64,000 bases of DNA from an archaeon (GTDB lineage Archaea; Nanobdellota; Nanobdellia; Woesearchaeales; GW2011-AR9): NCBI GenBank assembly GCA_023259115.1, contig JAHFQW010000001.1:81937-145936 (forward strand), written 5' to 3'. The translations under genes and the position numbers were made by a program. Under the pieces are notes generated by a model. It was not told the DNA's origin. It saw only the letters and a list, made by a program, of their open reading frames with translations, and did not search any database. The first letter of the stretch is position 1. Every line of letters begins with the position of its first letter. Positions 10,270-19,980 of the stretch are shown here, piece by piece.

Positions 10270-11121
10270 ATGAAAAAATGGTTTTTGGAGTATATACATT
10301 CGTTTAGATTAGGGTTTGATTTTTGGGCGACGTTTTTAATTGATTTTATGTATTTAGGCTTGTGTATGATGATTTTTACCTGGTTTTTGGATTGGTTGAA
10401 GAATCGCTCGCAGGAGTTATTACAGAATAAAACACTTGAGGAGGTGCAAGCGATGATGGCAAGTGCACATCCGGAACAATCGTTGGTGTTTTTAGCATCA
10501 CTTAAGAATTTTTTATGGCTGGCGATTGGAGGGGTGGTATTTTTGGTTGTGGCGGCGGGATTGCTTTATTCATTATCGCGCGCGGTTATTTGGTATCATT
10601 TACTGGGTAAAAAATGGTCTTGGAAGAATTATGGGAAGTGGAATGTGTTTAATTTGGTGTTGATTATACCTCTCTTATTTTATGGCTTGTTCTATTTTAT
10701 TGGTTCGTCTATTGCGGCGTTGCTGATTAAATGGTTGATTACGTTGATACCGAGTTTGTATTTTAAATTTCCTGCTTTTTTTCAAGGGTTTACAACATTT
10801 GTGAATAGTTTTGTGAGTTTTTCGTATGGGTTGGGCGCATTGATGTTATTATTTCTGTTGTATTATACGTTTGCTACAGAGTATGTGGTGTGGGCGAGTA
10901 TTGGAAAAGCGTTTCATGTAATGAGATTGAAGAAGAAGCAATTGGCTAGAGTATTTTGGCAGGCACTACTTACAACGTTTCTATTGGCGTTAGCGGCGAT
11001 GCCACTGAGAAGCGTGATTCAAGGGATTATATTTTTATCAGTGGGTTTTGATTTAATGTTATTCTGTTTATTTGTGGCATGGCTACGATTAGGCGTGTGG
11101 AGAGTGTTAGAGGAGAATTAA
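10270..11121 (+). CDS. Polytopic membrane protein
   Basis: Several hydrophobic segments. Confidence 0.65.
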   Translation: MKKWFLEYIHSFRLGFDFWATFLIDFMYLGLCMMIFTWFLDWLKNRSQELLQNKTLEEVQAMMASAHPEQSLVFLASLKNFLWLAIGGVVFLVVAAGLLYSLSRAVIWYHLLGKKWSWKNYGKWNVFNLVLIIPLLFYGLFYFIGSSIAALLIKWLITLIPSLYFKFPAFFQGFTTFVNSFVSFSYGLGALMLLFLLYYTFATEYVVWASIGKAFHVMRLKKKQLARVFWQALLTTFLLALAAMPLRSVIQGIIFLSVGFDLMLFCLFVAWLRLGVWRVLEEN

Positions 11122-11211
11122 AGATTACTCTTAGTGTTATATGATGCTAAATATAGTGAAATTTGTAAGAAATTAAATCTCTCTCTATCAGATAAAAATT
11201 AAAAAAAATAA

Positions 11212-11409
11212 TTAACTTTTCTTGAATTCTCCTGCGATGTCAATTAATTCAAGATGGCCTAAGAATAAACCACGACAGCAGTAGCGTTCTAAACCGATAG
11301 CATCCATAGCTTTTTTAGCGGATTCACCCTTCTGAAGTCTTTCCTGGTATTCTTCCCAGAGGTGACCGATGGGTTTTGAGCAACTAAAGCAACGAATTGG
11401 AATCATCAT
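11212..11409 (-). CDS. rpoN: RNA polymerase subunit N (Rpo10)
   Basis: IPIRCFSC...RYCCR. Confidence 0.95.
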   Translation of the reverse strand: MMIPIRCFSCSKPIGHLWEEYQERLQKGESAKKAMDAIGLERYCCRGLFLGHLELIDIAGEFKKS

Positions 11410-11421
11410 GGTATTATAGCC

Positions 11422-11817
11422 TCATCTGTATGATTTTTGTCTCTTTGCACGCGGTTTGGAATCGTTTGGTTTTGATTCTTCGTTCTGACGTACGTCTGCA
11501 ACTAATAATAAACGGTCGTAATCGGTGAAGACTTTTTTGAGTTTTGAGTCAAATTGCACTAATGCCCGGGCGATGGCGAGACGAATAGCATCTGATTGGC
11601 CGTTGACGCCGCCACCTTGGACTCTGATGGAGAGATCGACTTTTGGCGCGAGTTCTGCGGCAAGCATTAAAGGTTCTGAGATACGCAAGAATGATAAGTT
11701 ATCGGTGTAATAACGGGCATCTTGACCGTTGATGGTGATTCTACCTTTTCCTGGTTTTAGGGTTGCTCGGGCAACGGCTTGTTTACGAGTTCCGATTGTT
11801 TGAATAGCATTTTTCAT
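11422..11817 (-). CDS. rps9: 30S ribosomal protein S9
   Basis: GGGVNGQ motif and QKSYR C-terminus. Confidence 0.95.
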   Translation of the reverse strand: MKNAIQTIGTRKQAVARATLKPGKGRITINGQDARYYTDNLSFLRISEPLMLAAELAPKVDLSIRVQGGGVNGQSDAIRLAIARALVQFDSKLKKVFTDYDRLLLVADVRQNEESKPNDSKPRAKRQKSYR

Positions 11818-11830
11818 TGATTTTTTCCAC

Positions 11831-12259
11831 CTAGTTGTTTACTTTGCCACCTAATTGTTTACATACTTCGCCGACAGTCATATAGCGTAAGGAGGGGAGT
11901 TTTTTGGCTGATTCTTTTGTTAAAATAATCGCGGGTTTGTCTTTGAGTCCTATGGGTATACCAATATGGCATTGAATGCGATGAAATGCATCTTTTCCAC
12001 GTGCGAATTTCCAGGGGACCATACCACGAATAGTGCGTCGTACATAGCGATCGGGTAAGCGGGAGAATTTAGCACTCTTTAATGGATAGCCTTTGCGCAA
12101 ACGGCGTTCTCTTTCATGTTCTACCGTGGTTATTTTGTGTCCGCTGATAATGCTTTTTTCGCAGTTAATTACATGAACTTCTTCACCTAAGAGAGCATCT
12201 TTTGCGACAATGGTGGCTAGACGTCCTAGGATTATACCTTCTGCGTTGTAGATTTTCAT
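11831..12259 (-). CDS. rpl13: 50S ribosomal protein L13
   Basis: ILGRLA and RRTIRGMVP motifs. Confidence 0.95.
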   Translation of the reverse strand: MKIYNAEGIILGRLATIVAKDALLGEEVHVINCEKSIISGHKITTVEHERERRLRKGYPLKSAKFSRLPDRYVRRTIRGMVPWKFARGKDAFHRIQCHIGIPIGLKDKPAIILTKESAKKLPSLRYMTVGEVCKQLGGKVNN

Positions 12260-12615
12260 CCGATGATCCTCACGTTTTTCCCTTGTGGGTTTTCTTTGAT
12301 TAATTCTTGAATGCTAAGTGTTCTGCCTTTTGCTTGGTTGATTTTAAGTTTTGCTTCAGTTGAGAAGTTTAATGCGGCGACGTTGACTTTTTTGGAAATG
12401 TTGCCTACACTTAAGACTTTTCCTGGGACAATAATGGTTTCACCATCTTGGGCTACTTTGTCAAGGGTGTAGATGTTGACAATTCGGCGTTGACGAGTGG
12501 AACGTGCTACGTCTTCCATGATGCGTTTCCAAAATCTGCTGGTGACAGCTTTTGCTTGCAGTTCTACTATAAGCTGCTGCAGTTGATAATTGGTTGGCCC
12601 TGTGCGTTTTGTCAT
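12256..12615 (-). CDS. rpl18e: 50S ribosomal protein L18e
   Basis: IIVPGKVL motif; operon position. Confidence 0.95.
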   Translation of the reverse strand: MTKRTGPTNYQLQQLIVELQAKAVTSRFWKRIMEDVARSTRQRRIVNIYTLDKVAQDGETIIVPGKVLSVGNISKKVNVAALNFSTEAKLKINQAKGRTLSIQELIKENPQGKNVRIIG

Positions 12616-12648
12616 GTGATGTCTCTTGGAATATTATGGTTATTATTT

Positions 12649-13431
12649 CTATAATTGTTTTTCTAGTGCTTCGATTTTTTCGATTAAGATGTCCGCACTT
12701 TTGGTTAAGATTTCTTTGTTTGTAAGTTGTCCCCAGTTTTCAAGGGTGAAGATGATGTTGTCGCTGTATTCAACGGTAATACCTTTGTCAAGTTCAGCAT
12801 AGTATTCAATGAGATTACTGTCATAGATTTTTTCTTCATTGAGTTCGAGCTTTTTGTTTTTAAGTGTGAAGACGCCATCGGTTGATTTTTCTGCAACTAA
12901 GTCTGGTTTTTCTACTTTGCCTACTTTGATTATTGGTTCTTTTTTGTAGTAAGCCCAACCTGGCGACCATTTGGTGTGTTCGCGTCCTCTACCTAAGATG
13001 GCGGTCATGGTGACATCCAGTTTTTGTTTTGAGAGTAATTTTGCGGCAGGCATTTTTTCGTAGACAAATGTACATTTAGGATCGGCACTTACGGCTTCTC
13101 CAGCATAGACGTAGCCTTTTTTGCTGGCTTTTAATGTAATTTTTAATTCACATTGTGCGCAACCTGCACCGGCGCATTTACATTGTTCTTTGAGATTGTA
13201 ACTTTTTAAGTCAGTTTTGATAGGGATGAGTCCGAGACGCAGGGCAAGCATTTCATCGTATAAAGAGGAGCTGTTGTCTTTGATTTCTACGTCTTCTACT
13301 GCAAGAGTTGGCACTTCTTCTACAATGAGGCGGCGAATAGTGTTTGCAAATACTTCGTTTGTGCCTTTGAGTAGGAAGATTATACTTCCCTTCTTTTTCT
13401 CTTCACGAATTTTTTCAATTTTGATGGACAT
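12649..13431 (-). CDS. rpoD: RNA polymerase subunit D (Rpo3)
   Basis: FANTIRR, DEMLALRLGLIP, GREHTKW motifs. Confidence 0.95.
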   Translation of the reverse strand: MSIKIEKIREEKKKGSIIFLLKGTNEVFANTIRRLIVEEVPTLAVEDVEIKDNSSSLYDEMLALRLGLIPIKTDLKSYNLKEQCKCAGAGCAQCELKITLKASKKGYVYAGEAVSADPKCTFVYEKMPAAKLLSKQKLDVTMTAILGRGREHTKWSPGWAYYKKEPIIKVGKVEKPDLVAEKSTDGVFTLKNKKLELNEEKIYDSNLIEYYAELDKGITVEYSDNIIFTLENWGQLTNKEILTKSADILIEKIEALEKQL

Positions 13432-13501
13432 GTTGTTTGTTTAATTGTTTATTTTGATTTTTTTTATTTAATTAAATGGTGATGTTATTTGTGTAATTGA
13501 T

Positions 13502-13954
13502 TTATACCCGTCGTCCTCGTCTTCCACCTTTCATACGGCAACCATTGTGTGGTTCTGGGGTGACTTCTTCGATTTTTCCTATACGCATACCAATACGGGA
13601 GAGGGCACGAATGGCGGCTTGTGCTCCGGGCCCGGGATTTTTTGCGCCGTTTTGTCCGCCTTGTGCGCGAACACGAATATATAATCCTGTAATGCCTTTT
13701 TCACGGCAGATTTCTGCGACTTTTTTGGCAGCGCCCATGGCGGCAGTGGGTGAACTTTCTAAGCGATCAGATTTTACAATTTGACCCCCGGATGATCGAG
13801 CGATGGTCTCAGTTCCGGTGATATCGGTGATAGTGATAATGGTGTTGTTATAGGAGGAATAAATGTGAGCGATACCCCAGCGAAGTCTTTGATTCATGGC
13901 AGGAGATTCTTGGCGTTGTTCTGGTTCTGCCATTTTGGTTGGTGCGGGTTTCAT
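13502..13954 (-). CDS. rps11: 30S ribosomal protein S11
   Basis: [32 protein letters not shown]. Confidence 0.97.
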   Translation of the reverse strand: MKPAPTKMAEPEQRQESPAMNQRLRWGIAHIYSSYNNTIITITDITGTETIARSSGGQIVKSDRLESSPTAAMGAAKKVAEICREKGITGLYIRVRAQGGQNGAKNPGPGAQAAIRALSRIGMRIGKIEEVTPEPHNGCRMKGGRRGRRV

Positions 13955-14610
13955 GCGGATGTTTCCTCAACGTTTTTGACAATTTCTTTCACTTCTGTTT
14001 CTTCTGCGGTTTCTGTTGATTGGTCTGTTTTTTCTTTTTTAGTTGTTTTCTTTTTTGGTTTGACGCTTTCGGCTTCTGCGTGTATTTCTTCAGCTTTTAC
14101 AACTACACGTTCGGGATGATCGGCGCTAGCGAGAGCAGATGTGGGTTTGAATGTAAGCTGTGATTCTTCTTCAAGGGTGAGCAGATATGAGGGAGAGGTG
14201 ATTTGTTTATTCCCAATGAGAACGTGTCTGTGGGTGATAAATTGACGAGCTTGTTTCATAGAGCGCGCAAAACCCTTACGAAATAAGATGCTTTGAAGAC
14301 GGCGGTCAAGAATGTCTTTGGTTTCTAATCCTAAAATTTGATCCAGAGGTGCGCCAACGGGGAGCAAGCCAAGACGCAGCAATTTTTCGATGATCATCTT
14401 TTTTTCTTTTTCGGCTTGTGTACTTTTATCTGCAATTAATTTTTTAGAAATGTCTTTGTATTTTTTTAAGAAGGAGATGGCGATGTAGATTTCTTTTTTG
14501 TTGACGAGACCATAGTCGTTTTTGAGTTTACGCTCTGTTTCGATAGCGTTTTTGTTCCAAGGATGAACGGGACTTTGGTACTTTTTCTTTAATTTTTTTG
14601 GATCTCCCAT
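13951..14610 (-). CDS. rps4: 30S ribosomal protein S4
   Basis: MGDPKK start; RRLQ...[10 protein letters not shown]. Confidence 0.97.
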   Translation of the reverse strand: MGDPKKLKKKYQSPVHPWNKNAIETERKLKNDYGLVNKKEIYIAISFLKKYKDISKKLIADKSTQAEKEKKMIIEKLLRLGLLPVGAPLDQILGLETKDILDRRLQSILFRKGFARSMKQARQFITHRHVLIGNKQITSPSYLLTLEEESQLTFKPTSALASADHPERVVVKAEEIHAEAESVKPKKKTTKKEKTDQSTETAEETEVKEIVKNVEETSA

Positions 14611-14649
14611 GGTATTATATTTTTAAATTAATTTTAAATTAAATATGGT

Positions 14650-15150
14650 TTATTTTTTTCCTTTTGGTTTTTCATCAGATTTGCCGCTATCTGATTTGGC
14701 TGGTTCTTTCTTCTTAGCGACTCCAACGACTTTACCTTTGTTCTTACGGAAGTTAGCTTTTGTGCGCTGACCACGTGTAGGTTGGCCTTGGATGTGTCGT
14801 ACACCACGATAGCATTTGATTTTTTTGAGGCGTTTAAGATCGTTTTCTTGTGTGAAAGTTAAAGAACTGGTGATGAGGTGTTTGTTTTCGCCGGTGTCGT
14901 AATCTTTACGGCGGTTGAAGAACCAGGTAGGAATACCTGCGGGTTGGTTGATTAATTGGGTGATTTTAGCAACTTCTTCAGGTGATAATGTTCCTGTCTT
15001 TTTATGCGGATCGATAGTGGTAATATTACAGATAACGCGGGCGAAGTTGATGCCAATGCCTTTGATACCTGTGAGAGAGAAGGCAACGGGCTTATTTCCG
15101 GGTAGGTCTACGTTGGAAATACGTACGATATGTTTGAATTCTTCGGCCAT
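14650..15150 (-). CDS. rps13: 30S ribosomal protein S13
   Basis: GIKGIG; YRGVRH...RGQRT. Confidence 0.97.
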   Translation of the reverse strand: MAEEFKHIVRISNVDLPGNKPVAFSLTGIKGIGINFARVICNITTIDPHKKTGTLSPEEVAKITQLINQPAGIPTWFFNRRKDYDTGENKHLITSSLTFTQENDLKRLKKIKCYRGVRHIQGQPTRGQRTKANFRKNKGKVVGVAKKKEPAKSDSGKSDEKPKGKK

Positions 15151-15314
15151 TTTATATGTAGTCTTGAGAATGAGCGCACTTAATCTTACCGTTTATGACT
15201 CTTACGGAAGCCCTATACGCTGTTCACTCGGACTTGGTAGGTTAGTGAAAAAAGAGGTTATTTATAAAGGTTTTGGTTTTTGAGATTTTGGAGAGATTAA
15301 ATCGAAGAATGAAG

Positions 15315-15462
15315 TAGATATACGGGCGGCACTCATTAATCAAGTAGTTTGTTAGTGCCGCCCTATGCACAGAAATTACGATTTTTGGCATGCAGGAAAC
15401 GGCGGTTTCCCCGTATATAAATACGGCTTTTATATGTTCAATAATTTACTGCCGTATCTATA
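15315..15462 (-). repeat. Multi-hairpin element, probably a divergent member of the TATAG family
   Basis: On the minus strand it begins TATAGATACGGC...GCCGTAT; contains a GGGCGGCACT/AGTGCCGCCC stem and TATACGGG/CCCGTATA. Confidence 0.45.
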
Positions 15463-15532
15463 TTTCGTAGATTTTAAATAGGGGGTGTGAAAAAGCAGAT
15501 GTATAGCAGATGTACACGTATATGTTATTCAA

Positions 15533-16075
15533 ATGTTTGGTGAACAAGGGTTACAGTTTTGTGCTATCGATAAATCTGATAATGGGAGGGAAATTGTTAT
15601 GACTATTACTGGTGGATTGGGGATTTCGTATACTTCGGGGGCTTTTTCTTCGAGAGAAGAATTGAGACAAAGCCATGATTTGGTTACAGGGTTGTATGCG
15701 TTTGTGGGATTGTTACGTATTCTCTCTGGTCGTGATAAAGAAGTTGAGATGGATCTTTATTATTTTGATAGAACGGGCTTGGATAAGAGTTCTGCGGTGA
15801 TACAAGAGGCTTATGTGAGTCATTCTCGTGAGGGAGAGTTAGAAGTTGCACTTGTGCTTTGGGATAAAAGAGCTAGTTGTGAGAAATGGGATTTAGATAC
15901 TTGGGCGACGGCGAATTTGATGCAATTTTCTGGTTCTGAGTATGTTGATGAGTTGGTGGGCAGAACATTGTGTGTGTATCGGAAGGGAATAGAGAAGATA
16001 CAGGGATTGTCTTATGTGCAGTCGGAGTCGATTTCTACCCTGCAGGAGTTGCGTCGAGTTGGGCGAGAATTGTAG
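15533..16075 (+). CDS. Hypothetical protein
   Basis: 180-aa ORF with host-like composition. Confidence 0.5.
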   Translation: MFGEQGLQFCAIDKSDNGREIVMTITGGLGISYTSGAFSSREELRQSHDLVTGLYAFVGLLRILSGRDKEVEMDLYYFDRTGLDKSSAVIQEAYVSHSREGELEVALVLWDKRASCEKWDLDTWATANLMQFSGSEYVDELVGRTLCVYRKGIEKIQGLSYVQSESISTLQELRRVGREL

Positions 16076-16161
16076 GTTTCAATTATTTTTTTTACTTTTG
16101 ATTAAGTAATATAGTCTTGATTAAATATATTTTTATAAATTTAGGGGTGATTTAGATTTTT

Positions 16162-16902
16162 ATGACGTATTTAATTGGTATTGCTGGAGGTTCTGGTTCT
16201 GGAAAAGGTACGATTGCGACTCTTATGGAGAAGCATTTGTCGTTGTGGGGGTTGAAGGCGTTGGTGTTTTCAACAGATGATTGTTACAAAGATTTGAGTT
16301 ATATGGATAAGATTGAGAGAGATGGGTTGTGTTTTAATCCGAATTTTAATTTTGATCACCCTAAGTGTGTGGATTTTGAGCGGATGGTGGCGTATGCGCA
16401 GAATTTGAAAGGGGGCAGGGCGTTTGGCTATAGACAATATGATTTTTCTGTGCATTCGTATGGGCGAGAAGTGAGGGATGTGCCGGGAAATTTGGATGTG
16501 GCAATTGTTGAGGGAATTTATGCGTTGTATGCGGGCGGGGAGATTGATAATAAACTGATATCTTTGTATGATCAGAAGTTGTTTGTGATCACTACGCCTG
16601 AATTGGCGAATAACCGGCGTATACGTCGAGATGTTCGTGAACGAGGAAGGGAGTTATCGCATGTGCTGCGGCAACTGGATACAACGGTTGTGCCTATGTA
16701 TCAGAAATTTATCTACCCTATGCAGGTGCATGCAGATGATGTGATTGATTGGCGGGTGGATGAGACGAAGAGTTTGGAGGCTGTGAAGAGTCAGTTGATT
16801 ACGATTGCACGGCAGAAGGCGGTATCAGTGTATGAAAAAGTGAGAGAAGCGGTGCTTGCGGAGTTAGATTTGGAAGATGTGGTGATTGAAGGGATTGGGT
16901 GA
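16162..16902 (+). CDS. udk: Uridine kinase
   Basis: IGIAGGSGSGK, NFDHP, RRIRRDVRERGR. Confidence 0.9.
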   Translation: MTYLIGIAGGSGSGKGTIATLMEKHLSLWGLKALVFSTDDCYKDLSYMDKIERDGLCFNPNFNFDHPKCVDFERMVAYAQNLKGGRAFGYRQYDFSVHSYGREVRDVPGNLDVAIVEGIYALYAGGEIDNKLISLYDQKLFVITTPELANNRRIRRDVRERGRELSHVLRQLDTTVVPMYQKFIYPMQVHADDVIDWRVDETKSLEAVKSQLITIARQKAVSVYEKVREAVLAELDLEDVVIEGIG

Positions 16903-16904
16903 GA

Positions 16905-17441
16905 TTATTTGTTGAGAAAAAGTAGATTTTCTGGTGCGAGATATTTTGTAGGAGGATAATTATTGGAAAGAGTGTCAAAATCGTAATATATTTCTCTTCC
17001 ATCAATAGTACCGGTTGTTTCTCCTGGGGCGGCAGGTTGAAGTGTTCGTGTTTTATTTTTTGTTATATCTTCGATAATTAGAAAATATCTGGGAAATAAG
17101 TAGTTGGGTAGTATTTCTGTTTTTATCGCACCACAAATACGAGGAACATTTTTACCTTGTTCATGTGCTTTGATGATCTGATCTATATAATTCTCGTATT
17201 CTGCTGTTATATCTTCTTCGTCATAGGCAATTCCAATATATTCACGTGTGGCGAGGTGGATATTTTCGATAGTTCCAATATGAAAATGGATGTTATGTTT
17301 TCCAGCACCTAGTGGGGTGATGGTTGGATGGTTAATGAGCAGAAGTCTATCTGTATACGCGTATGTTCTTATATTCTCTATGAGGTCTTTGGTTGTGAGA
17401 ATTTGCTCTTTGAGATGCAAAAAGTATTCAAATGGATTCAT
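16905..17441 (-). CDS. Hypothetical protein (possible kinase N-lobe-like fragment)
   Basis: LGAGKHN glycine loop, LIIEDI, YYDFD. Confidence 0.5.
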   Translation of the reverse strand: MNPFEYFLHLKEQILTTKDLIENIRTYAYTDRLLLINHPTITPLGAGKHNIHFHIGTIENIHLATREYIGIAYDEEDITAEYENYIDQIIKAHEQGKNVPRICGAIKTEILPNYLFPRYFLIIEDITKNKTRTLQPAAPGETTGTIDGREIYYDFDTLSNNYPPTKYLAPENLLFLNK

Positions 17442-17505
17442 AGTATGTCTTTTTTTTTGACTTATTTAATTAGTTTTCGGTTCAATTGTGGTGTTATTAT
17501 TGTCT

Positions 17506-19146
17506 TTAACTATTATTACATTTATTATTAGTTGAATCAGACTCGTTTGTTGTCATTTGTTGTGTTTCTGATATTGCTTCTTGCTTTTTTCTTCCGCGTT
17601 TTGGTTTGTTTTCCTCTTCTTGGGATTGTTCGAGATGGATTTTCCATTTCAATAATGTGTAGTTGGCGGGGTTTTTGATTTTGGCGCAAAATGAATCTGG
17701 ATGGCAGAGGTTAAGACTTTTGTAGTAGCCTTCGTTGTTGCAGTTGGGGGGAAGGCGTTCATTGGGGATGAAGTGGTGCAATTGGCTCTTGAGGTAGACT
17801 TCGCGCAGGGGTTGGGGATTTTTTTCTTTGTTCCAGTTTGCCAAAAATTCTTCTATGTCGTTTTTGTTCCAACCAATTTTACCAAGATAGTTTGTGAGGA
17901 TGAAGATGCCGCGTTTTTTTCCATCTTCAACTCCTGTGAGAAGCCGTTTTATGCAGGGGGGAAAGAATTCTTCGGTTATGGGACTTTGGATGATGAGTTC
18001 GTTGTAGGGTGGGGATTTTTTGAGTGATTTTTTTTCTATGGCAAATTCTTCTTTTACTTTGAAATCTAATGCTTGAGTTAAGAGATAGCGAGCGGATTGG
18101 GCAGTGATGTTATGGCGAGGTATGAATGTTGGGCTTTGCGTTGTGATGAGAGGAATGTTTTCGGGTTTTGCGGTTGATTTTTCAAAGGTGAGGACGTTTT
18201 TTGGTTCGATGGGGATGCTGACCAGGCCGGATTTTTCGTGCAGGCTGTAGGGCATTCTGTAGAGGTGGCGTGATGAGATGAGAATGGTATCAATTTCAAT
18301 TATGGTTGATGGTTCAAAGTGAAGAGTGGAGGTGTTGGAGCCACAAGAACAGAGGGTGTTTTTGGTCTCGATTTTTTCCATGAGGATGTGGCATTTTTCA
18401 CATTGCACATAGTCTTGTTCGATTTGATATTTCTGATCGCATTTTGGACAGATAAATTCAGTTGTTTGGTGAGTGGTTTCTGATTTTTTTGTGGTTATTT
18501 TCTTTTTGCATTCGCTGCATTTTCGGATGAGGAATTCTTTTTCTCCAAATTTTTCTTTGAGTTGGGCTATGGTGAAAGGATAATTATTGTCAAAGATTAT
18601 GGTGTCGTTTTCAATTTTGATATACTTTGTGGTTATATGGTTGAGGAGGTATTCTGATATTTTTCTAGGTAATTCGGGGAAGAGATGTTTGACTTTTGTT
18701 TGGGCGATTTCGGGAGGGAAGGCTTCATAGGGGACTGCAATATGAAAGCCTTTGTTGCCGGAGAATTTACAGCTGATGTCTTGTACTTGGTTCTGGGCTA
18801 ATGCTTTTATAAATAAGTGGGTGGTGAGTTTGGAGAATTCCCAATCAGGACAGTCGATGTCTAATACTAAGTCCCAGCCGATACGAAGGGTTTCCATCTC
18901 TTGTTTGGTAATTGTGCTGCTCAGGTTGAGGGGGTTGCTCCAGAGTTCTTCACTGCAATGAAATGAGCTGAGGCCGTTGAGGGCGAGTTCTAAAACATCT
19001 TTGGGGTAGGTGAGGGTGTCGGGGCGTTTGCCGAAGAATTCGTTGTAGCGCATGCCGATTTCTTTGTTTTTGGCGTGTTCTACTATTGCTTCTTGGATGT
19101 CTTTACGTTTGTAGAATTTGAGGCAGATGGATTTGTCAAGAGGCAT
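17506..19146 (-). CDS. Fused archaeal DNA primase PriS-PriL with an inserted Zn-ribbon
   Basis: DLVLDID, FSGNKGFH, RMPYSLHEKS (PriS); FFPPCI, PPNC, C...C (PriL Fe-S domain); start taken at MPLDK. Confidence 0.85.
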   Translation of the reverse strand: MPLDKSICLKFYKRKDIQEAIVEHAKNKEIGMRYNEFFGKRPDTLTYPKDVLELALNGLSSFHCSEELWSNPLNLSSTITKQEMETLRIGWDLVLDIDCPDWEFSKLTTHLFIKALAQNQVQDISCKFSGNKGFHIAVPYEAFPPEIAQTKVKHLFPELPRKISEYLLNHITTKYIKIENDTIIFDNNYPFTIAQLKEKFGEKEFLIRKCSECKKKITTKKSETTHQTTEFICPKCDQKYQIEQDYVQCEKCHILMEKIETKNTLCSCGSNTSTLHFEPSTIIEIDTILISSRHLYRMPYSLHEKSGLVSIPIEPKNVLTFEKSTAKPENIPLITTQSPTFIPRHNITAQSARYLLTQALDFKVKEEFAIEKKSLKKSPPYNELIIQSPITEEFFPPCIKRLLTGVEDGKKRGIFILTNYLGKIGWNKNDIEEFLANWNKEKNPQPLREVYLKSQLHHFIPNERLPPNCNNEGYYKSLNLCHPDSFCAKIKNPANYTLLKWKIHLEQSQEEENKPKRGRKKQEAISETQQMTTNESDSTNNKCNNS

Positions 19147-19221
19147 TTGGATTGTGGATTTTTTGAGATTTAAATACTTTTGTTTCCTAAGGTTAATAAA
19201 GAGTTGTTTGAAATCTAATTT

Positions 19222-19800
19222 ATGGCACAAAATATTATTGATGGATTTGTTGAATTGATGGGTTTTCAAGCGCAACAGGCGTATGGGGCATTGGAATTTT
19301 TTAATACAAAAAGAGATGAATTGCCTAACGTTTCTTTAGCCACTTTTACGCTTCATGCATCGTATGCTCGACATGTCTATCAGGGATTAGCTGATTATAT
19401 TGCTCGTTTGGAAGGACATAAACCTGTTGAAAGAGGCTGTTATTATATTACTACAAATCGTAATGAGACAAAGAGCGATTCTGAGCTTCAACGTTTTGTT
19501 CAAGGCTGTAAAATACAAGCAGTGATTGGGCTATATGGCATGAATTTATTAGATAATATATTAAGTGAAAAAGCAAAAAAAATTCAAGGTCCGATTTGTG
19601 ATTCGAAAGATTTTTTAGCAACGCTTGTGGTGTTGCCTAATGATGGACCAAAGTTAGATGTTCATGAGATTGAATTTGTGGGGAGGTCTTATTTAGATAT
19701 TATATCGTTTACTGATAATGTGGTGATGGCGAAACGTTTTGATTTGATGCTCAAGGCATTGGATGATGTGAGAACAAGTTACCCACAAAAAGTGTGGTGA
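19222..19800 (+). CDS. Hypothetical protein
   Basis: 192-aa ORF after a TATA-like site. Confidence 0.55.
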   Translation: MAQNIIDGFVELMGFQAQQAYGALEFFNTKRDELPNVSLATFTLHASYARHVYQGLADYIARLEGHKPVERGCYYITTNRNETKSDSELQRFVQGCKIQAVIGLYGMNLLDNILSEKAKKIQGPICDSKDFLATLVVLPNDGPKLDVHEIEFVGRSYLDIISFTDNVVMAKRFDLMLKALDDVRTSYPQKVW

Positions 19801-19980
19801 GTTGAAGAGATTTTTACTCAATGAAAAGGGGTCTAATACCCCATAGCTTGCTGTGACGACCACATTCGCTGAAAATGTTATCACATTTTCAGCGTGCCAA
19901 AAATTATTGATTTTTGTGCATTCAAGAGTAAAAATCCCTCAATCTTATTGAATGCTCCGCAGCTTTGCGATTGAGATTTT
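19801..19980. repeat. Palindrome-rich intergenic element (REP/MITE-like)
   Basis: Stems GATTTTTACTC/GAGTAAAAATC, CGCTGAAAATG/CATTTTCAGCG and CTCAATC/GATTGAG; ATACCCCATAGCTTGCTGTG motif. Confidence 0.55.

Noticed and set aside
17506-19275. ORF-track start for the primase at 19275
   Set aside because: The extension overlaps the divergent gene and its promoter region; MPLDK at 19146 is more plausible.
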